64,000 nt of DNA from Candidatus Atabeyarchaeum deiterrae (GTDB lineage Archaea; Asgardarchaeota; Atabeyarchaeia; Atabeyarchaeales; Atabeyarchaeaceae): the NCBI GenBank assembly GCA_037310415.1, contig CP147780.1, forward strand, positions 448,001 through 512,000, in the 5' to 3' direction. Positions 45,577-55,445 of the stretch are shown here, piece by piece. Under the pieces are notes generated by a model. It was not told the origin of the DNA, searched no databases, and saw nothing but the letters and a program-made list of their open reading frames with translations. Each line of letters opens with the position of its first letter. Positions within the stretch are counted from its first letter, which is position 1. A program made the translations under genes and the position numbers.

Positions 45577-45776
45577 CGTATCTTCTCCCTTTCGTAAAAA
45601 GATACGAAGTCGGCTAGTTCAAAGGGAGGAAAACTAACCGACTATTACAAGCCTTTCCTTAGCCTGCGCCTTGTGGATTGAACTTGTAACCGTAAAGGCA
45701 CGATCTCACTTGGAGCAAACTAGAGATCGTACCTATGCTTGGATGGATCACCACCGACTAGTGTGGTGAACTAGTC
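45577..45776 (-). ncRNA. Candidate structured RNA in the element intergenic region
   Basis: Consecutive stems, complementary loops CTCCCTTT/AAAGGGAG, mismatches that become G-U on the minus strand, U-rich tract after it. Confidence 0.55.
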
Positions 45777-45787
45777 AGGGATGACTT

Positions 45788-46228
45788 TTACTGTCTAGCG
45801 TACTGACCAATTAGATATACAGCGCAAGAATAGATAGCCATCACGACAGCGAGCACAATAACGATCATGCTGAAAATCAATCCATCCATCGAATTGAATA
45901 TAGCCATCGAGATGCCTCCAGTTAAAATACCGTACATAAAGTATCCCCCCGCGATAGCTAGACCTGTAACAGCTCCAGCGCTAGCGCCAGCCTTTGCAGA
46001 GTTTTGTCCCGCAAGCCCCGCAATGATAGCGCCAAATACTATACCTCCTATGCAGAGAGCTAGCAGTATCCAATCGTACATAAAGACCGAGATAAACCCA
46101 GTCAATCCAAAGACCACAAAGTAGATTCCCAAAGGTACGATAGTTATGAACGATGTCCCTAAGCTTGCTAGTGCTCCTGCAATATCTTGAGAACTAACCA
46201 TAACCTGATCACTCTCCCCAAACATCAT
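45788..46228 (-). CDS. Element Gly/Ala-rich multi-TM protein
   Basis: About 4 hydrophobic helices with GxxxG/A motifs. Confidence 0.7.
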   Translation of the reverse strand: MMFGESDQVMVSSQDIAGALASLGTSFITIVPLGIYFVVFGLTGFISVFMYDWILLALCIGGIVFGAIIAGLAGQNSAKAGASAGAVTGLAIAGGYFMYGILTGGISMAIFNSMDGLIFSMIVIVLAVVMAIYSCAVYLIGQYARQ

Positions 46229-46266
46229 AGTGTTTGAGACTCACATTTTTTGATGACTTCATAAAT

Positions 46267-46404
46267 CTAGTCAGAATGAAACCATTTCAGGATTTTAGAT
46301 CGCTTCTCTCTCCAATCTTTTCCAGAGATTTCACGATCCAGATATTGTTTATTCAAAATACGTAAAGCCTTAATCCGATCCCTTCGTGTTTTGTACCCGC
46401 CCAC
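46267..46404 (-). CDS. Element small basic protein (45 aa)
   Basis: GTG start after GGTGA SD: MGGYKTRRDRIKALRILNKQYLDREISGKDWREKRSKILKWFHSD. Confidence 0.45.
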   Translation of the reverse strand: MGGYKTRRDRIKALRILNKQYLDREISGKDWREKRSKILKWFHSD

Positions 46405-46516
46405 GTTTATCACCTTTGAAGTATTTCAATAACCGAAAGCCGACACACTTAGGATCAGAGCCATCACAGACATTGACCTTATACACTTTATCGGATTTTG
46501 ACTTTGACATTCTAGA

Positions 46517-46939
46517 TCATCCCCCAGTTTTCCATAGAAGTGACCAGTTAGCACTATTCCCAAATATGAGAGCTAGGACAACTAGAATGATCATGAAGGC
46601 AAACTCTCCGAGCGCCCCCCACTGAGCATTTAGTAAACTTAAACCGATTCCGACAAATCCAAATAAGATCAAGCTAGCCGTAACCACCATCACGGCTATT
46701 GTACCGCCCAGTATAGCGGTTTGTAGTTTACTATCAAAGAGCCACAGACCGACTAGTACCACAAATATGATAATGCTAACACTAGCTACTATCGCCCATA
46801 TGTTCATACAGAGATAGTTAAGGTAAATTCCGATCACTCCAGTGATCAGAGCAATCGCTAGGGGAGGCATTGTAATCAACATGATGATCGATCCGATAAC
46901 CCGCCTAAGTATATCTTGCCAATCTATATTCTCAAACAT
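46517..46939 (-). CDS. Element multi-TM protein
   Basis: About 4 TM helices; GGTGA SD. Confidence 0.7.
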   Translation of the reverse strand: MFENIDWQDILRRVIGSIIMLITMPPLAIALITGVIGIYLNYLCMNIWAIVASVSIIIFVVLVGLWLFDSKLQTAILGGTIAVMVVTASLILFGFVGIGLSLLNAQWGALGEFAFMIILVVLALIFGNSANWSLLWKTGG

Positions 46940-46953
46940 GATCTATATCACCT

Positions 46954-47307
46954 TCACAAATGCCAGACCTGACCTAGTAATCCCCCAAACCAAGTCGCTA
47001 AATCGTCCCCAAATCTAAGCCAGTCGTCCGCCATCAAAATGACACCGATCACCAAAAACACCAAGACGAAAATGTTGAATTTTCCATTTCGAATGAACCA
47101 AAAGACCATCACAAAAGTCATGATAAACCCCGTCATGCCATGATGCCAATGAAACGTCCCGACCTGAATATTGAAAAGAGCCAGAAGACCATTCCAAACA
47201 CCTACTAGTAATTCGACTCCCCCGATCATGAACGTGATCAACGTAGTGATCGCTAGTGCTGTCCCAAGATAGACTAACATCTTATTTTTGAAATTCCACT
47301 TTATCAT
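46954..47307 (-). CDS. Element membrane protein with HxHH...DD motif
   Basis: 3 TM; FHWHHGMTG and ILMADD. Confidence 0.7.
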   Translation of the reverse strand: MIKWNFKNKMLVYLGTALAITTLITFMIGGVELLVGVWNGLLALFNIQVGTFHWHHGMTGFIMTFVMVFWFIRNGKFNIFVLVFLVIGVILMADDWLRFGDDLATWFGGLLGQVWHL

Positions 47308-47346
47308 AGCAATCCTCCCCCGATGCCCTGACCTGACAAAAAGAGT

Positions 47347-47514
47347 TTACTTATCGCAAGGCTCTACAATTAAAAACTTAGTCTTAGGATCGACTTTGAT
47401 CTTCATACATTGATGATCGTGTATGTTAGCTTCTTCCGCTATTTTGGTCGGTATATACAATGCCTTGCCGTATTTGCTTATTGGGTACAACTTACCTTTA
47501 CCTTCGTTCGTCAA
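47347..47514 (-). CDS. AbrB/SpoVT-like DNA-binding protein (55 aa; not in the ORF track)
   Basis: MTNEGKGKLYPISKYGKALYIPTKIAEEANIHDHQCMKIKVDPKTKFLIVEPCDK; G.ALYIP..IA...I pattern; GAGGTGA SD. Confidence 0.7.
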   Translation of the reverse strand: MTNEGKGKLYPISKYGKALYIPTKIAEEANIHDHQCMKIKVDPKTKFLIVEPCDK

Positions 47515-47557
47515 AATAGATCACCTCTCTTCTAACCAGTACTACAGTAAAGAGTTA

Positions 47558-47603
47558 ATATACTAGAAAATTAACTCCGCCCGCCTACTTATATACTAGA
47601 AAA
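47558..47603. repeat. 13-bp direct repeat ATATACTAGAAAA x2, 33 bp apart
   Basis: 47558-47570 and 47591-47603; the first copy is bracketed by inverted GAGTTAA/TTAACTC. Confidence 0.75.
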
Positions 47604-47635
47604 CGTTCCATTCCAAAAAATAAGAAATAGAGGTT

Positions 47636-48052
47636 TTACCGTTCCCCTTTCAGTATCGCCTCTTTCCTTGCTCTGCTTTTTGACTTGCTTCTCTTTCCCT
47701 TCTTCGTTTTCGCCTCAAGCTTCAGTATCCGTTCAAGCAAACCAACATCACTTTGAGCAGCATGAAGTGTGCTCTTACTACTCCTATAATTTTCCCAGAT
47801 CACACCGATCATAAATGGAACGAAGATTTGACCAAATTTGAACAACGCATTAACATATGCTATAGGTATGCCAGATATTGTGATATTTGCAAATGGATAT
47901 TCCATAGCCCTAAACGCCACAGAATCAAATGTTGAAGAGAACACAACAAGAAAAACAACTGCAAAAACAGTAAAAATCACATTTCCTAGAAGAAAAATCC
48001 TATTCCTATGTCTCCACTTTTCAAACAGTTCCTCAATACTTTTCTTCTCCAT
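47636..48052 (-). CDS. Element 2-TM protein with basic tail
   Basis: Hydrophobic segments; K/R-rich C-terminus. Confidence 0.65.
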   Translation of the reverse strand: MEKKSIEELFEKWRHRNRIFLLGNVIFTVFAVVFLVVFSSTFDSVAFRAMEYPFANITISGIPIAYVNALFKFGQIFVPFMIGVIWENYRSSKSTLHAAQSDVGLLERILKLEAKTKKGKRSKSKSRARKEAILKGER

Positions 48053-48098
48053 TTACTTCTATTCCCCTTTGACTCCCCCCATTCTTGCTTCACCGTCT

Positions 48099-48929
48099 TC
48101 ATGCTTTTGGTGTTACGATAATGGCGAGTTCAGGCTCCGTAGTCAATACAGGAGGTACAAATTTCAGCTTGAATTTTGGTTTCTCATCTTTCATTAGTTT
48201 AATCGAAGAGCTTTTCTCATCATAATAGTATAACAGGATTTTTCTGCTCCTCATCAAGAAACTGACGATATGAGAGATTGCGGATTCATTATGCGCACGA
48301 TCTTGCTCTTGGAATCCAGCTTGCTTACCAAGTTTGACTCGGATATCAGTTTCAATCTCAGCTTTAATCACTGGATAAACATCCTTGGAAAACTCTTTCA
48401 CGTTCTTGCCCTCTGTGAGGATTACTGGAAGATCAAACTCAGACGATGTCACTGCTAATTTCTTCATCTTGGATAACAAGTAGAGCACTTCGTCACGTTC
48501 AAGCTTCCATTTCTCGTTTTCGTCATAAGCCTGTTCCCCGTACAAACATGTTAGCACAAAGTTGACCGTACCCAATCTATCCGACATAAATAAGTAATAA
48601 ACTGTCCATGCTATGAAAGCAAGCAACCCGACAAGGAAGGGATCGAAGTAACTTCGCAAAAACGCAATTGCGGCAAACATGCCTACTAAGACGGTAACTG
48701 AACCAACCCTTCTCTGCACGTATTCACTCTTCCAGTCTTTTAGTGATGCATAATACGCTCTTTTCTTATCTTCATCTGCAAACCAAAAGAATGTTTTTTC
48801 ACGAAACCAAAATTCTTCCAAATGTTGATTCATTTTCTTTGGATAGTATGAGAAGAACATGCGCCCGCCCACATACCACAGTAGGCTTAATAGGATTTCT
48901 ATCCTGACAAACACAATGAAGGTTATCAC
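48099..48929 (-). CDS. Element membrane protein with soluble C-terminal domain
   Basis: N-terminal TM helices; 276 aa; start uncertain. Confidence 0.65.
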   Translation of the reverse strand: MITFIVFVRIEILLSLLWYVGGRMFFSYYPKKMNQHLEEFWFREKTFFWFADEDKKRAYYASLKDWKSEYVQRRVGSVTVLVGMFAAIAFLRSYFDPFLVGLLAFIAWTVYYLFMSDRLGTVNFVLTCLYGEQAYDENEKWKLERDEVLYLLSKMKKLAVTSSEFDLPVILTEGKNVKEFSKDVYPVIKAEIETDIRVKLGKQAGFQEQDRAHNESAISHIVSFLMRSRKILLYYYDEKSSSIKLMKDEKPKFKLKFVPPVLTTEPELAIIVTPKA

Positions 48930-49058
48930 GCTAATTGCTACTATGAAGAAATCGACTATGAATAACTTCAGATTACCTGCGCCACCTATATCTTCTAATC
49001 ACAGAATGATAGAGCAAATGCATTCTTAAATCTTCCATTACGCAAGCGCTAACTTTGG

Positions 49059-50345
49059 CTAGTGGGTTTTCTCGGCTCTCTTCTTAACCTTATCTAGCGT
49101 TTCCTTTTCGATCCCCTGAGCCGATTTATAGTACTCCTCACTTTCCTTCTCTTCTTGCTTTTCTAGCTCCTCAGCTTTTTCGTACGGCGCCTCTCTCCCT
49201 AGTTCCTTCGATAGTGTGTTGACATGCATTTGTAATCCGATTACTGCGCTCAACATCTCTTTTCTCGTTTTCTCGTTTTCTTCTCTTAACTTGGTGATAA
49301 TGTCTTTTAGATCGCCTACTTCTTTTCCCAGATGGTTACCGTTCAGGTTTATGCTAATGTATATCTCCCGCTTTGCGTACTCTTCCCTGACAATATCTGC
49401 TTGCTCACGCTGATAGACCTCAGCTAGTTCCCCGATACTATGCCCTAACAAAAAGTCAACCATTCCAGTCGGCATCGCATGAGATGCCATTACCGATCCA
49501 AATGACTCCCGAAGAGCATGAGGATTTACTCCCTCAACTTTAACATCTTTAGGAATCAACCCCGCCCTAATTCCTATATCTCTCAAGTTTTTCTGTACTG
49601 ACTGCGTTTCGATTCTCTCTTTACTCGACAGCTTGTCTTTAAGGAATAACGGATCACTTGATCCTAGTGTTATGCCCTTACTCTGAAGATCAGTCAGATA
49701 GTTGTTTATTGCATCAATCGCATTTCGCCCGATAAACGTATAGAAATCTGTCCCGCTTTTCTCTCGGTATAGATCAATCTTTAGCGGACTCTCCCCCGCA
49801 TTCAATCCTTTTTCAACCTGACCATAGTTGATACTGCAACAAGTACTAACATCCATCCCACCTTGAAACAGAGTTAGGATTATTGCCTTATCTCTTAGAT
49901 TGAGAGTAAAGTCAACTAGCCTTTTCACATCGCTTGTAGTTAAAAGAGCACGCTTATGAGTGACCTTAGGCTTTGGTAATTTACTATGCCCTTTCAACCT
50001 GACCATTAGATCAAAAGTACCATAGAAAGACCTTATAGCTCCAGTCCACTGACTAGCTTGCTTGGGAGTATATCCCTTAGTTCCATCCTTCCGTACAGCA
50101 TCTTTCAGCATCCAGTTATGAAACCCGATCAATCTCTGCTTAAGTATATTCTCTCTCTGCCTGACATCCTTCTTTGAATCTTCGATAGCCTCATCGATTA
50201 GCTCTGTCGGATTCTTGCCCGCATACTCGATAAACCGTAATAGAGCACTAACATAAGCTTTGAAGGTATTAGCCTTCGTTATCTCACTTAGCCATTTCCT
50301 AGACTCTGGATATTTGTCTAAACCCTTAAAATCAGATTGGCTCAT
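49059..50345 (-). CDS. Tyrosine recombinase / integrase
   Basis: SAM-like N-domain, RDKAII, REK, HALR, LLGH, Y; C-terminal coiled coil. Confidence 0.92.
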   Translation of the reverse strand: MSQSDFKGLDKYPESRKWLSEITKANTFKAYVSALLRFIEYAGKNPTELIDEAIEDSKKDVRQRENILKQRLIGFHNWMLKDAVRKDGTKGYTPKQASQWTGAIRSFYGTFDLMVRLKGHSKLPKPKVTHKRALLTTSDVKRLVDFTLNLRDKAIILTLFQGGMDVSTCCSINYGQVEKGLNAGESPLKIDLYREKSGTDFYTFIGRNAIDAINNYLTDLQSKGITLGSSDPLFLKDKLSSKERIETQSVQKNLRDIGIRAGLIPKDVKVEGVNPHALRESFGSVMASHAMPTGMVDFLLGHSIGELAEVYQREQADIVREEYAKREIYISINLNGNHLGKEVGDLKDIITKLREENEKTRKEMLSAVIGLQMHVNTLSKELGREAPYEKAEELEKQEEKESEEYYKSAQGIEKETLDKVKKRAEKTH

Positions 50346-50417
50346 ACTACCATATCGCCCCTTTCACTATCTGATAGAGTAATAAGGCAATATAGTTATT
50401 TAACCATATCGTATTGG

Positions 50418-50427
50418 TAAGTTAATT
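50418..50427. repeat. Putative right att core TAAGTTAATT
   Basis: Matches 42570-42579; 73 bp upstream of the integrase start. Confidence 0.55.
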
Positions 50428-50475
50428 TATGAATGTTTGCGATGTGAGTTAGGAATCTAGAGTTATTAAGATGTC

Positions 50476-51207
50476 TTGGGTGTGTCTGCATTGACAGCGA
50501 GGATAGTTGTGGACGGTGAGGAGAAGCTTGAGGGATGTCATTTCCTGACAGGCTTTCACGGGGTCGGGTTGACAGGGTACATTACAGTCAACCACCTTGT
50601 TAAATCACTTCACGCTCGTCCGATAGGCTATATGGAAACACATCAGCAACCTGCCTTGATCTCATTGGTTGGGGAAAGGATTTCGTTTCCGTTTGAGCTT
50701 TTTAGGCATGATGATATCGTGATTCTTTTTCCGAGGCTTCAGCCAAAGCGCTCGGAAGTGAGAGAATTCACCCGTGAAGTTGTTAACTGGGTTGTTAAGA
50801 ACAAGTTGAAGGAGGCTATACTGATTGGCGGACTTGATAATAGGTTCAAACAAGAAAGCGAGATCATGAGGTGTCTCCCGACGAAGGCCATGCTTAGTAA
50901 AGCGAAGGCGTCAAAGATTCCTTTGCTTGAGGAATCACTTTTCGTAACTGGTCCCCTTGCTCTCATGTTAGCTTATTTTGAGATGGAAAGTTTCCCCGCT
51001 ATTGCATTCTTGCCCTATTCTGAGCGAGGCAGACCTGACCCAAGAGCAGCGGCTTTAGCGATAAAGCAGATCAACTCACTTTTCAGGCTGAATGTAGATG
51101 TCTTTGACTTGGACAATGACGCGAAGCGCATAGAGGACGAGGTTACCAAGATCATGGAGAGTCAGAAGGAAAAACCAGGATCTAACTCACAAACTATGTA
51201 CACTTAG
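50476..51207 (+). CDS. PAC2-family proteasome assembly chaperone
   Basis: GF.G.GL.G.I, IGGLD, GPLA, PDPRAAA, C-terminal MYT (HbYX). Confidence 0.9.
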   Translation: MGVSALTARIVVDGEEKLEGCHFLTGFHGVGLTGYITVNHLVKSLHARPIGYMETHQQPALISLVGERISFPFELFRHDDIVILFPRLQPKRSEVREFTREVVNWVVKNKLKEAILIGGLDNRFKQESEIMRCLPTKAMLSKAKASKIPLLEESLFVTGPLALMLAYFEMESFPAIAFLPYSERGRPDPRAAALAIKQINSLFRLNVDVFDLDNDAKRIEDEVTKIMESQKEKPGSNSQTMYT

Positions 51208-51363
51208 AATGCACTCTTCTCACAGCTGTACTGCTTCTCTCTTGATCGCAATACGCATTTTTCACAATACTTCACACCTTATGAAGCATTTGAAAACATT
51301 TATGAGAAGATAGGTTTATTCGACCTACCTATCTATTCCCTAGTGAAATAGAGGTGATCAACT

Positions 51364-52620
51364 TTGAAAGAATATGCTGTCAAATCGATCAGCTTAGCAC
51401 CCGATGGGCAGAAGAAAATAGACTGGGCAGAATCGCATATGCCAGTTTTAATGATAATACGTGAACGATTCCAGAAAGAAAGGCCATTAGCAAATATGAG
51501 AATCTCTGCATGTCTCCACGTGACCAAGGAGACAGCGGTCTTGGTTAAGACACTGCGGGCAGGAGGAGCGGAAGTCGCATTGGCTGCCTCCAACCCTCTA
51601 TCAACCCAAGATGATGTTGCTGCCGAACTCGCCAATGAGGGTATTAAAGTATACGCCTGGCGAGGGCAGACAAAAGAAGAGTATTACGACTGCGTGAACA
51701 AGGTACTCGATTATTCTCCGAATATCACATTGGATGACGGTGCAGATCTAATAACGACCATTCATACTAAGCGAACTGAACTTCTCAAAGGAGTAATCGG
51801 TGGATGTGAAGAGACTACTACAGGTGTTATTCGGCTAAGAGCAATGGCAAAGCAAGGAGCCCTCAAATACCCCGTAGTAGCAGTTAATGACGCTCAAACT
51901 AAATGGTTCTTTGACAACAGGTATGGCACCGGTCAGAGTACTGTGGACGGGGTGTTGCGATCCACGACCATTCTCCTAGCTGGGGCAAGAGCTACTGTTG
52001 CAGGTTATGGATGGTGCGGCCGGGGCATCGCAACTCGCCTCAGAGGGATGGGATGTAGAGTGATTGTCTCAGAGGTGAATCCGCTAAAAGCTCTTGAAGC
52101 TGTTATGGACGGTTTTGATGTTATGCCCATGGTGGAGGCCGCTAGGCAAGCCAAGATCTTCATAACGGCGACCGGAGACAAGAATGTGATATCAAAGAAC
52201 CACATTGAATTGATGCAGGACGGAGCAATACTCGCTAACTCGGGACATTTCAATGTCGAGATATCTATTCCTGACCTTGAGGGATTGGCTGCTGGTAAGA
52301 GGCAGCTAAGAGAGAATCTTGAGGAGTACACGCTGAAGGATGGACGACGAATATATTTATTAGCTGAAGGAAGGCTAGTCAACTTGGCGGCGGCCGAGGG
52401 CCACCCAAGTGAAGTAATGGACATGAGTTTTTCAGACCAAGCCCTCTCGGCGGAGTACTTGACTAAACTCGGCAAAACACTTAAACCGAATGTATACCTA
52501 GTGCCGACTGACTTGGACAACCTTGTAGCGGAATTAAAACTGAAGTCATTGGGGATCAAGATAGACAGGCTAACCGATGAACAGAAGGAATATATCGGAG
52601 GCTGGGCTGAAGGAACCTAG
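51364..52620 (+). CDS. ahcY: Adenosylhomocysteinase
   Basis: [40 protein letters not shown]. Confidence 0.97.
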   Translation: MKEYAVKSISLAPDGQKKIDWAESHMPVLMIIRERFQKERPLANMRISACLHVTKETAVLVKTLRAGGAEVALAASNPLSTQDDVAAELANEGIKVYAWRGQTKEEYYDCVNKVLDYSPNITLDDGADLITTIHTKRTELLKGVIGGCEETTTGVIRLRAMAKQGALKYPVVAVNDAQTKWFFDNRYGTGQSTVDGVLRSTTILLAGARATVAGYGWCGRGIATRLRGMGCRVIVSEVNPLKALEAVMDGFDVMPMVEAARQAKIFITATGDKNVISKNHIELMQDGAILANSGHFNVEISIPDLEGLAAGKRQLRENLEEYTLKDGRRIYLLAEGRLVNLAAAEGHPSEVMDMSFSDQALSAEYLTKLGKTLKPNVYLVPTDLDNLVAELKLKSLGIKIDRLTDEQKEYIGGWAEGT

Positions 52621-52705
52621 CCTTTTCCTCCGCCCTTTGTTTCTTAACAGGGTTCGAGTATCTTCCTTCTTTTTCATTCATTGAGATACACGGTGAACAG
52701 TCAGG

Positions 52706-53329
52706 ATGGTAAACAAAACTGGTCAAGTTCAAGATCCAGACAACAATGTCGCAAGGAGGGTATACATAGCCGACATAGTTTTGAGTGGAAGTACCGCATC
52801 GGGCAATATCAATGCTGAGAGATTCACCAAGGTCAAAATCTTTGGGACACTGATGAGCAAGAGAAACTTCCGAAGCGATGGAAAAACTGATTATACGGTT
52901 ATCACAGTCGACGATGGCAGCGGATTGGCCATACGGATTAAAGCTTGGGGGCACGACACCAAGCTACTAGATAGCTTCGCGCAAGGAGCAGTAATCGATG
53001 TGATCGGAAGAGTCAGGTATGGGAAGGAAGAGATCTACATTATACCAGAAATAGTGAAAGAAATAGAAGATCCAAACTGGGAGATCGTAAGAGAGCTTGA
53101 AATCATCCGCGAGTATCTGAAGCTTAAGAAGGCGAGAATAAGATCCCCTGACCTGAAATCAGATATACTCGATATTATTGACAGAATTGGTGGCAACATA
53201 GGCATCGAATACAATGAACTGGTCAAATTGATCAAGCAACCCGATGAGGAAGAAATTAAAAAGGCATTAAGAGAATTAATTAACGAAGGGTTGATCTTCG
53301 AGCCAAGACTGGGTAGGTACAGAAAATGA
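52706..53329 (+). CDS. RPA32-like OB-fold plus winged-helix protein
   Basis: VDDGSG.I..K.W OB-fold and C-terminal L.NEGLIFEPR wHTH. Confidence 0.8.
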   Translation: MVNKTGQVQDPDNNVARRVYIADIVLSGSTASGNINAERFTKVKIFGTLMSKRNFRSDGKTDYTVITVDDGSGLAIRIKAWGHDTKLLDSFAQGAVIDVIGRVRYGKEEIYIIPEIVKEIEDPNWEIVRELEIIREYLKLKKARIRSPDLKSDILDIIDRIGGNIGIEYNELVKLIKQPDEEEIKKALRELINEGLIFEPRLGRYRK

Positions 53330-53357
53330 CAGAATAACATTGGAGGCTAAAACGCAG

Positions 53358-53771
53358 ATGGGTGATTATGACTACAACTATCTGTTGGATAGAGCAAAAT
53401 CTCTAGTCCCTGACAAGTTGTTAGGCAAGGACAGGTTCAACGTTCCACAAGTATCGATTTTCAATGAGGGAAACAAGACATTTGTGCTCAACTTCAAGGA
53501 AGTTTGCGACGCAATAAACCGCCAGCCCAATCAATTAATGAAGTTTCTGCTGCGTGAGCTCGCAACGTCAGGACTGGTTCAGGGAAACAGGGCGGTCTTT
53601 CAAGGAAGGTTTTCTGACAACACACTGAACGATCTTATTAGGAGATATACAAAGGAATACATAACGTGTCCATTGTGTGGTCAACCAGATACAGTTCTCA
53701 AGAAGGAAGGCAGAGTGACTATCCTTGTTTGTGAGGCGTGCGGCGCTAGGAATCCAGTTAAGTCCATATGA
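53358..53771 (+). CDS. eif2b: Translation initiation factor aIF2 beta
   Basis: Y..LLDRA, GNKT...NF, ELAT.G, CP.CG.PDT, CEACGA. Confidence 0.95.
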   Translation: MGDYDYNYLLDRAKSLVPDKLLGKDRFNVPQVSIFNEGNKTFVLNFKEVCDAINRQPNQLMKFLLRELATSGLVQGNRAVFQGRFSDNTLNDLIRRYTKEYITCPLCGQPDTVLKKEGRVTILVCEACGARNPVKSI

Positions 53772-53806
53772 TGGATCAGGATAGCGACTGTGAATGAGGG
53801 AAGCTC

Positions 53807-54103
53807 ATGGAAGTATACCTCAGGAAATTCAAGTCACAACGCGACCTAGTCGTTGCTGTGTGTGACCGTGAACTCCTTGGGAAGTGCTTCAAAGAGGGAA
53901 AGTTGACGCTAGATGTCAGGAAAGAGTTCTATGAGGGAACTCTTGTCAGTATTGATGGTGCGTTGCAGACAATAGAATCATCGACAATAGCCAATATCGT
54001 CGGTGAGAAAATCATATCAAAGATGATCGAAGCGGGTTTAATATGTGAGGAATCGGTGATAAGGGTCTCAGGAGTCCCGCATGCGCAGAGAGTTGTCATC
54101 TAA
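53807..54103 (+). CDS. DUF424 family protein
   Basis: VAVCD.ELLG, FYEG, NIVG, GVPHAQ. Confidence 0.88.
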   Translation: MEVYLRKFKSQRDLVVAVCDRELLGKCFKEGKLTLDVRKEFYEGTLVSIDGALQTIESSTIANIVGEKIISKMIEAGLICEESVIRVSGVPHAQRVVI

Positions 54104-54164
54104 TGCAGAGCTAGCTTCGACTAGCTCGAAGTTGCTATTTGCAGATTGGTAGCAATCTATTCTG

Positions 54165-54971
54165 GTGGGCGAATCCTTGATAGCCAAGCGAAATCGATTT
54201 TGCGTCGTCTGCGGATGCGAAGAAACCACGACGATTCAACTTCGGGACGGTCTTTGTCCGAAATGCTCAGTTGTTGAGCAGCCCGAAATCAAGGCACAAA
54301 CGATTCCACCTATCAGACTCTGCAGGATATGTGAAAGTCTCGAAGAGAAAGGCAAATGGCTTCCTCGAAGCTCCAAGGGGTCTAAGGAAGATCTCCTCGC
54401 ATTGCTGAAGAGAATAATGACCAAGTCAATCAAAGTCAATGCAGGGAATGTTCTCGAGGTGACAATTCCGAAAATGCCTTCATCGGTCGGTTCGTGCCCT
54501 GTGACAATTCCTGTACTCGTGAAAGTCAAGACTGGTGATCAGCAACAAACGCCTCTGTTGAATGAATTCAGCACTACTGTCAGACTCGTCCCAGTAACAT
54601 GTCCAAACTGCAGCCTCATGAAAAGGGAATACTACGAGGCAACGCTACAAATCAGGACGCGTAATGAGAATATGACTTCTAATGAGAAAATGAAACTGCT
54701 TAACCAAGTGAGCCTCTTTGTGGAGAAGATCTCAAGGAGGAACAAAAAGGCTTTCATTTCAAAATACGAAGAGCGACCAAAAGGGCTCGACTTGTATCTC
54801 GGGTCAAACCAACTTGCTTACGCATTAGCCTCAAAGTTCAGAGATAAGAAAGGAGTAATGACAAAAGAGACATTTAAGGCTGGAAAGGTAGACAAGTCTT
54901 CTGGCAACAGAAAGAACAAAATCACTATTCTGATTACATTACCTCAAGCAGTAATAGATGAACTGGAATAG
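54165..54971 (+). CDS. NMD3-like protein
   Basis: Four CxxC pairs; YYEA.LQIR; G.DLY.GS. Confidence 0.85.
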   Translation: MGESLIAKRNRFCVVCGCEETTTIQLRDGLCPKCSVVEQPEIKAQTIPPIRLCRICESLEEKGKWLPRSSKGSKEDLLALLKRIMTKSIKVNAGNVLEVTIPKMPSSVGSCPVTIPVLVKVKTGDQQQTPLLNEFSTTVRLVPVTCPNCSLMKREYYEATLQIRTRNENMTSNEKMKLLNQVSLFVEKISRRNKKAFISKYEERPKGLDLYLGSNQLAYALASKFRDKKGVMTKETFKAGKVDKSSGNRKNKITILITLPQAVIDELE

Positions 54972-55070
54972 AATAATAGGAATACTATTATCTATGAACA
55001 ATCGAAGTCTATGGGTAACATAGAACGTCCAAGTTTCGCTTCGATTGCAGCACAGCAACATTTGGGAGAG

Positions 55071-55400
55071 ATGTCTTTGCCAAAGATAAAGAAGAGGAAG
55101 ATGGAAGAACCGAGCTACGAATCCGAGATAAAACAGACTCGCATACCCGGAAAAGGAGAAGTCATAGGAATAATAATGCAGCAGCTTGGCTTTGATCATG
55201 TAAAGGTCAAATGCTCTGACGGATTTACACGTCTTTGTAGGATCCCAGGCCGAATGAAGAAGCGAGTGTGGCTACGTGATAATGATGTTGTACTCGTGGT
55301 TCCATGGGATTTTCAATACGAAATACGCGGTGATGTCGTCTGGCGGTATACGGGGGCGCAAGCCGATTGGCTTCAAAGGAAGGGTTACCTGAAGCTATGA
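55071..55400 (+). CDS. eif1a: Translation initiation factor aIF1A
   Basis: C.DG.TRLCRIPG.MKKRVW....D.V.V.PW; GD..WRY. Confidence 0.95.
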   Translation: MSLPKIKKRKMEEPSYESEIKQTRIPGKGEVIGIIMQQLGFDHVKVKCSDGFTRLCRIPGRMKKRVWLRDNDVVLVVPWDFQYEIRGDVVWRYTGAQADWLQRKGYLKL

Positions 55401-55445
55401 GATACATTCTTGCTTCTATGATCTTCTCGGGATTGTTTCTTAATC

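Larger units (their letters stand above)
42570..50427. mobile_element. Integrated ~7.9 kb element (provirus- or plasmid-like) with tyrosine integrase
   Basis: AT-richer block of co-oriented orphan ORFs between housekeeping genes, integrase at one end, 10-bp direct repeat TAAGTTAATT at both borders. Confidence 0.82.

Noticed and set aside
46245-46300. Hammerhead-like TGATGA...GAAA
   Set aside because: No CUGA core, and stems I and III are not evident.
52005-52559. Long antisense ORFs (here and opposite cdc48, sucCD and others)
   Set aside because: Shadows of well-conserved genes on the opposite strand.
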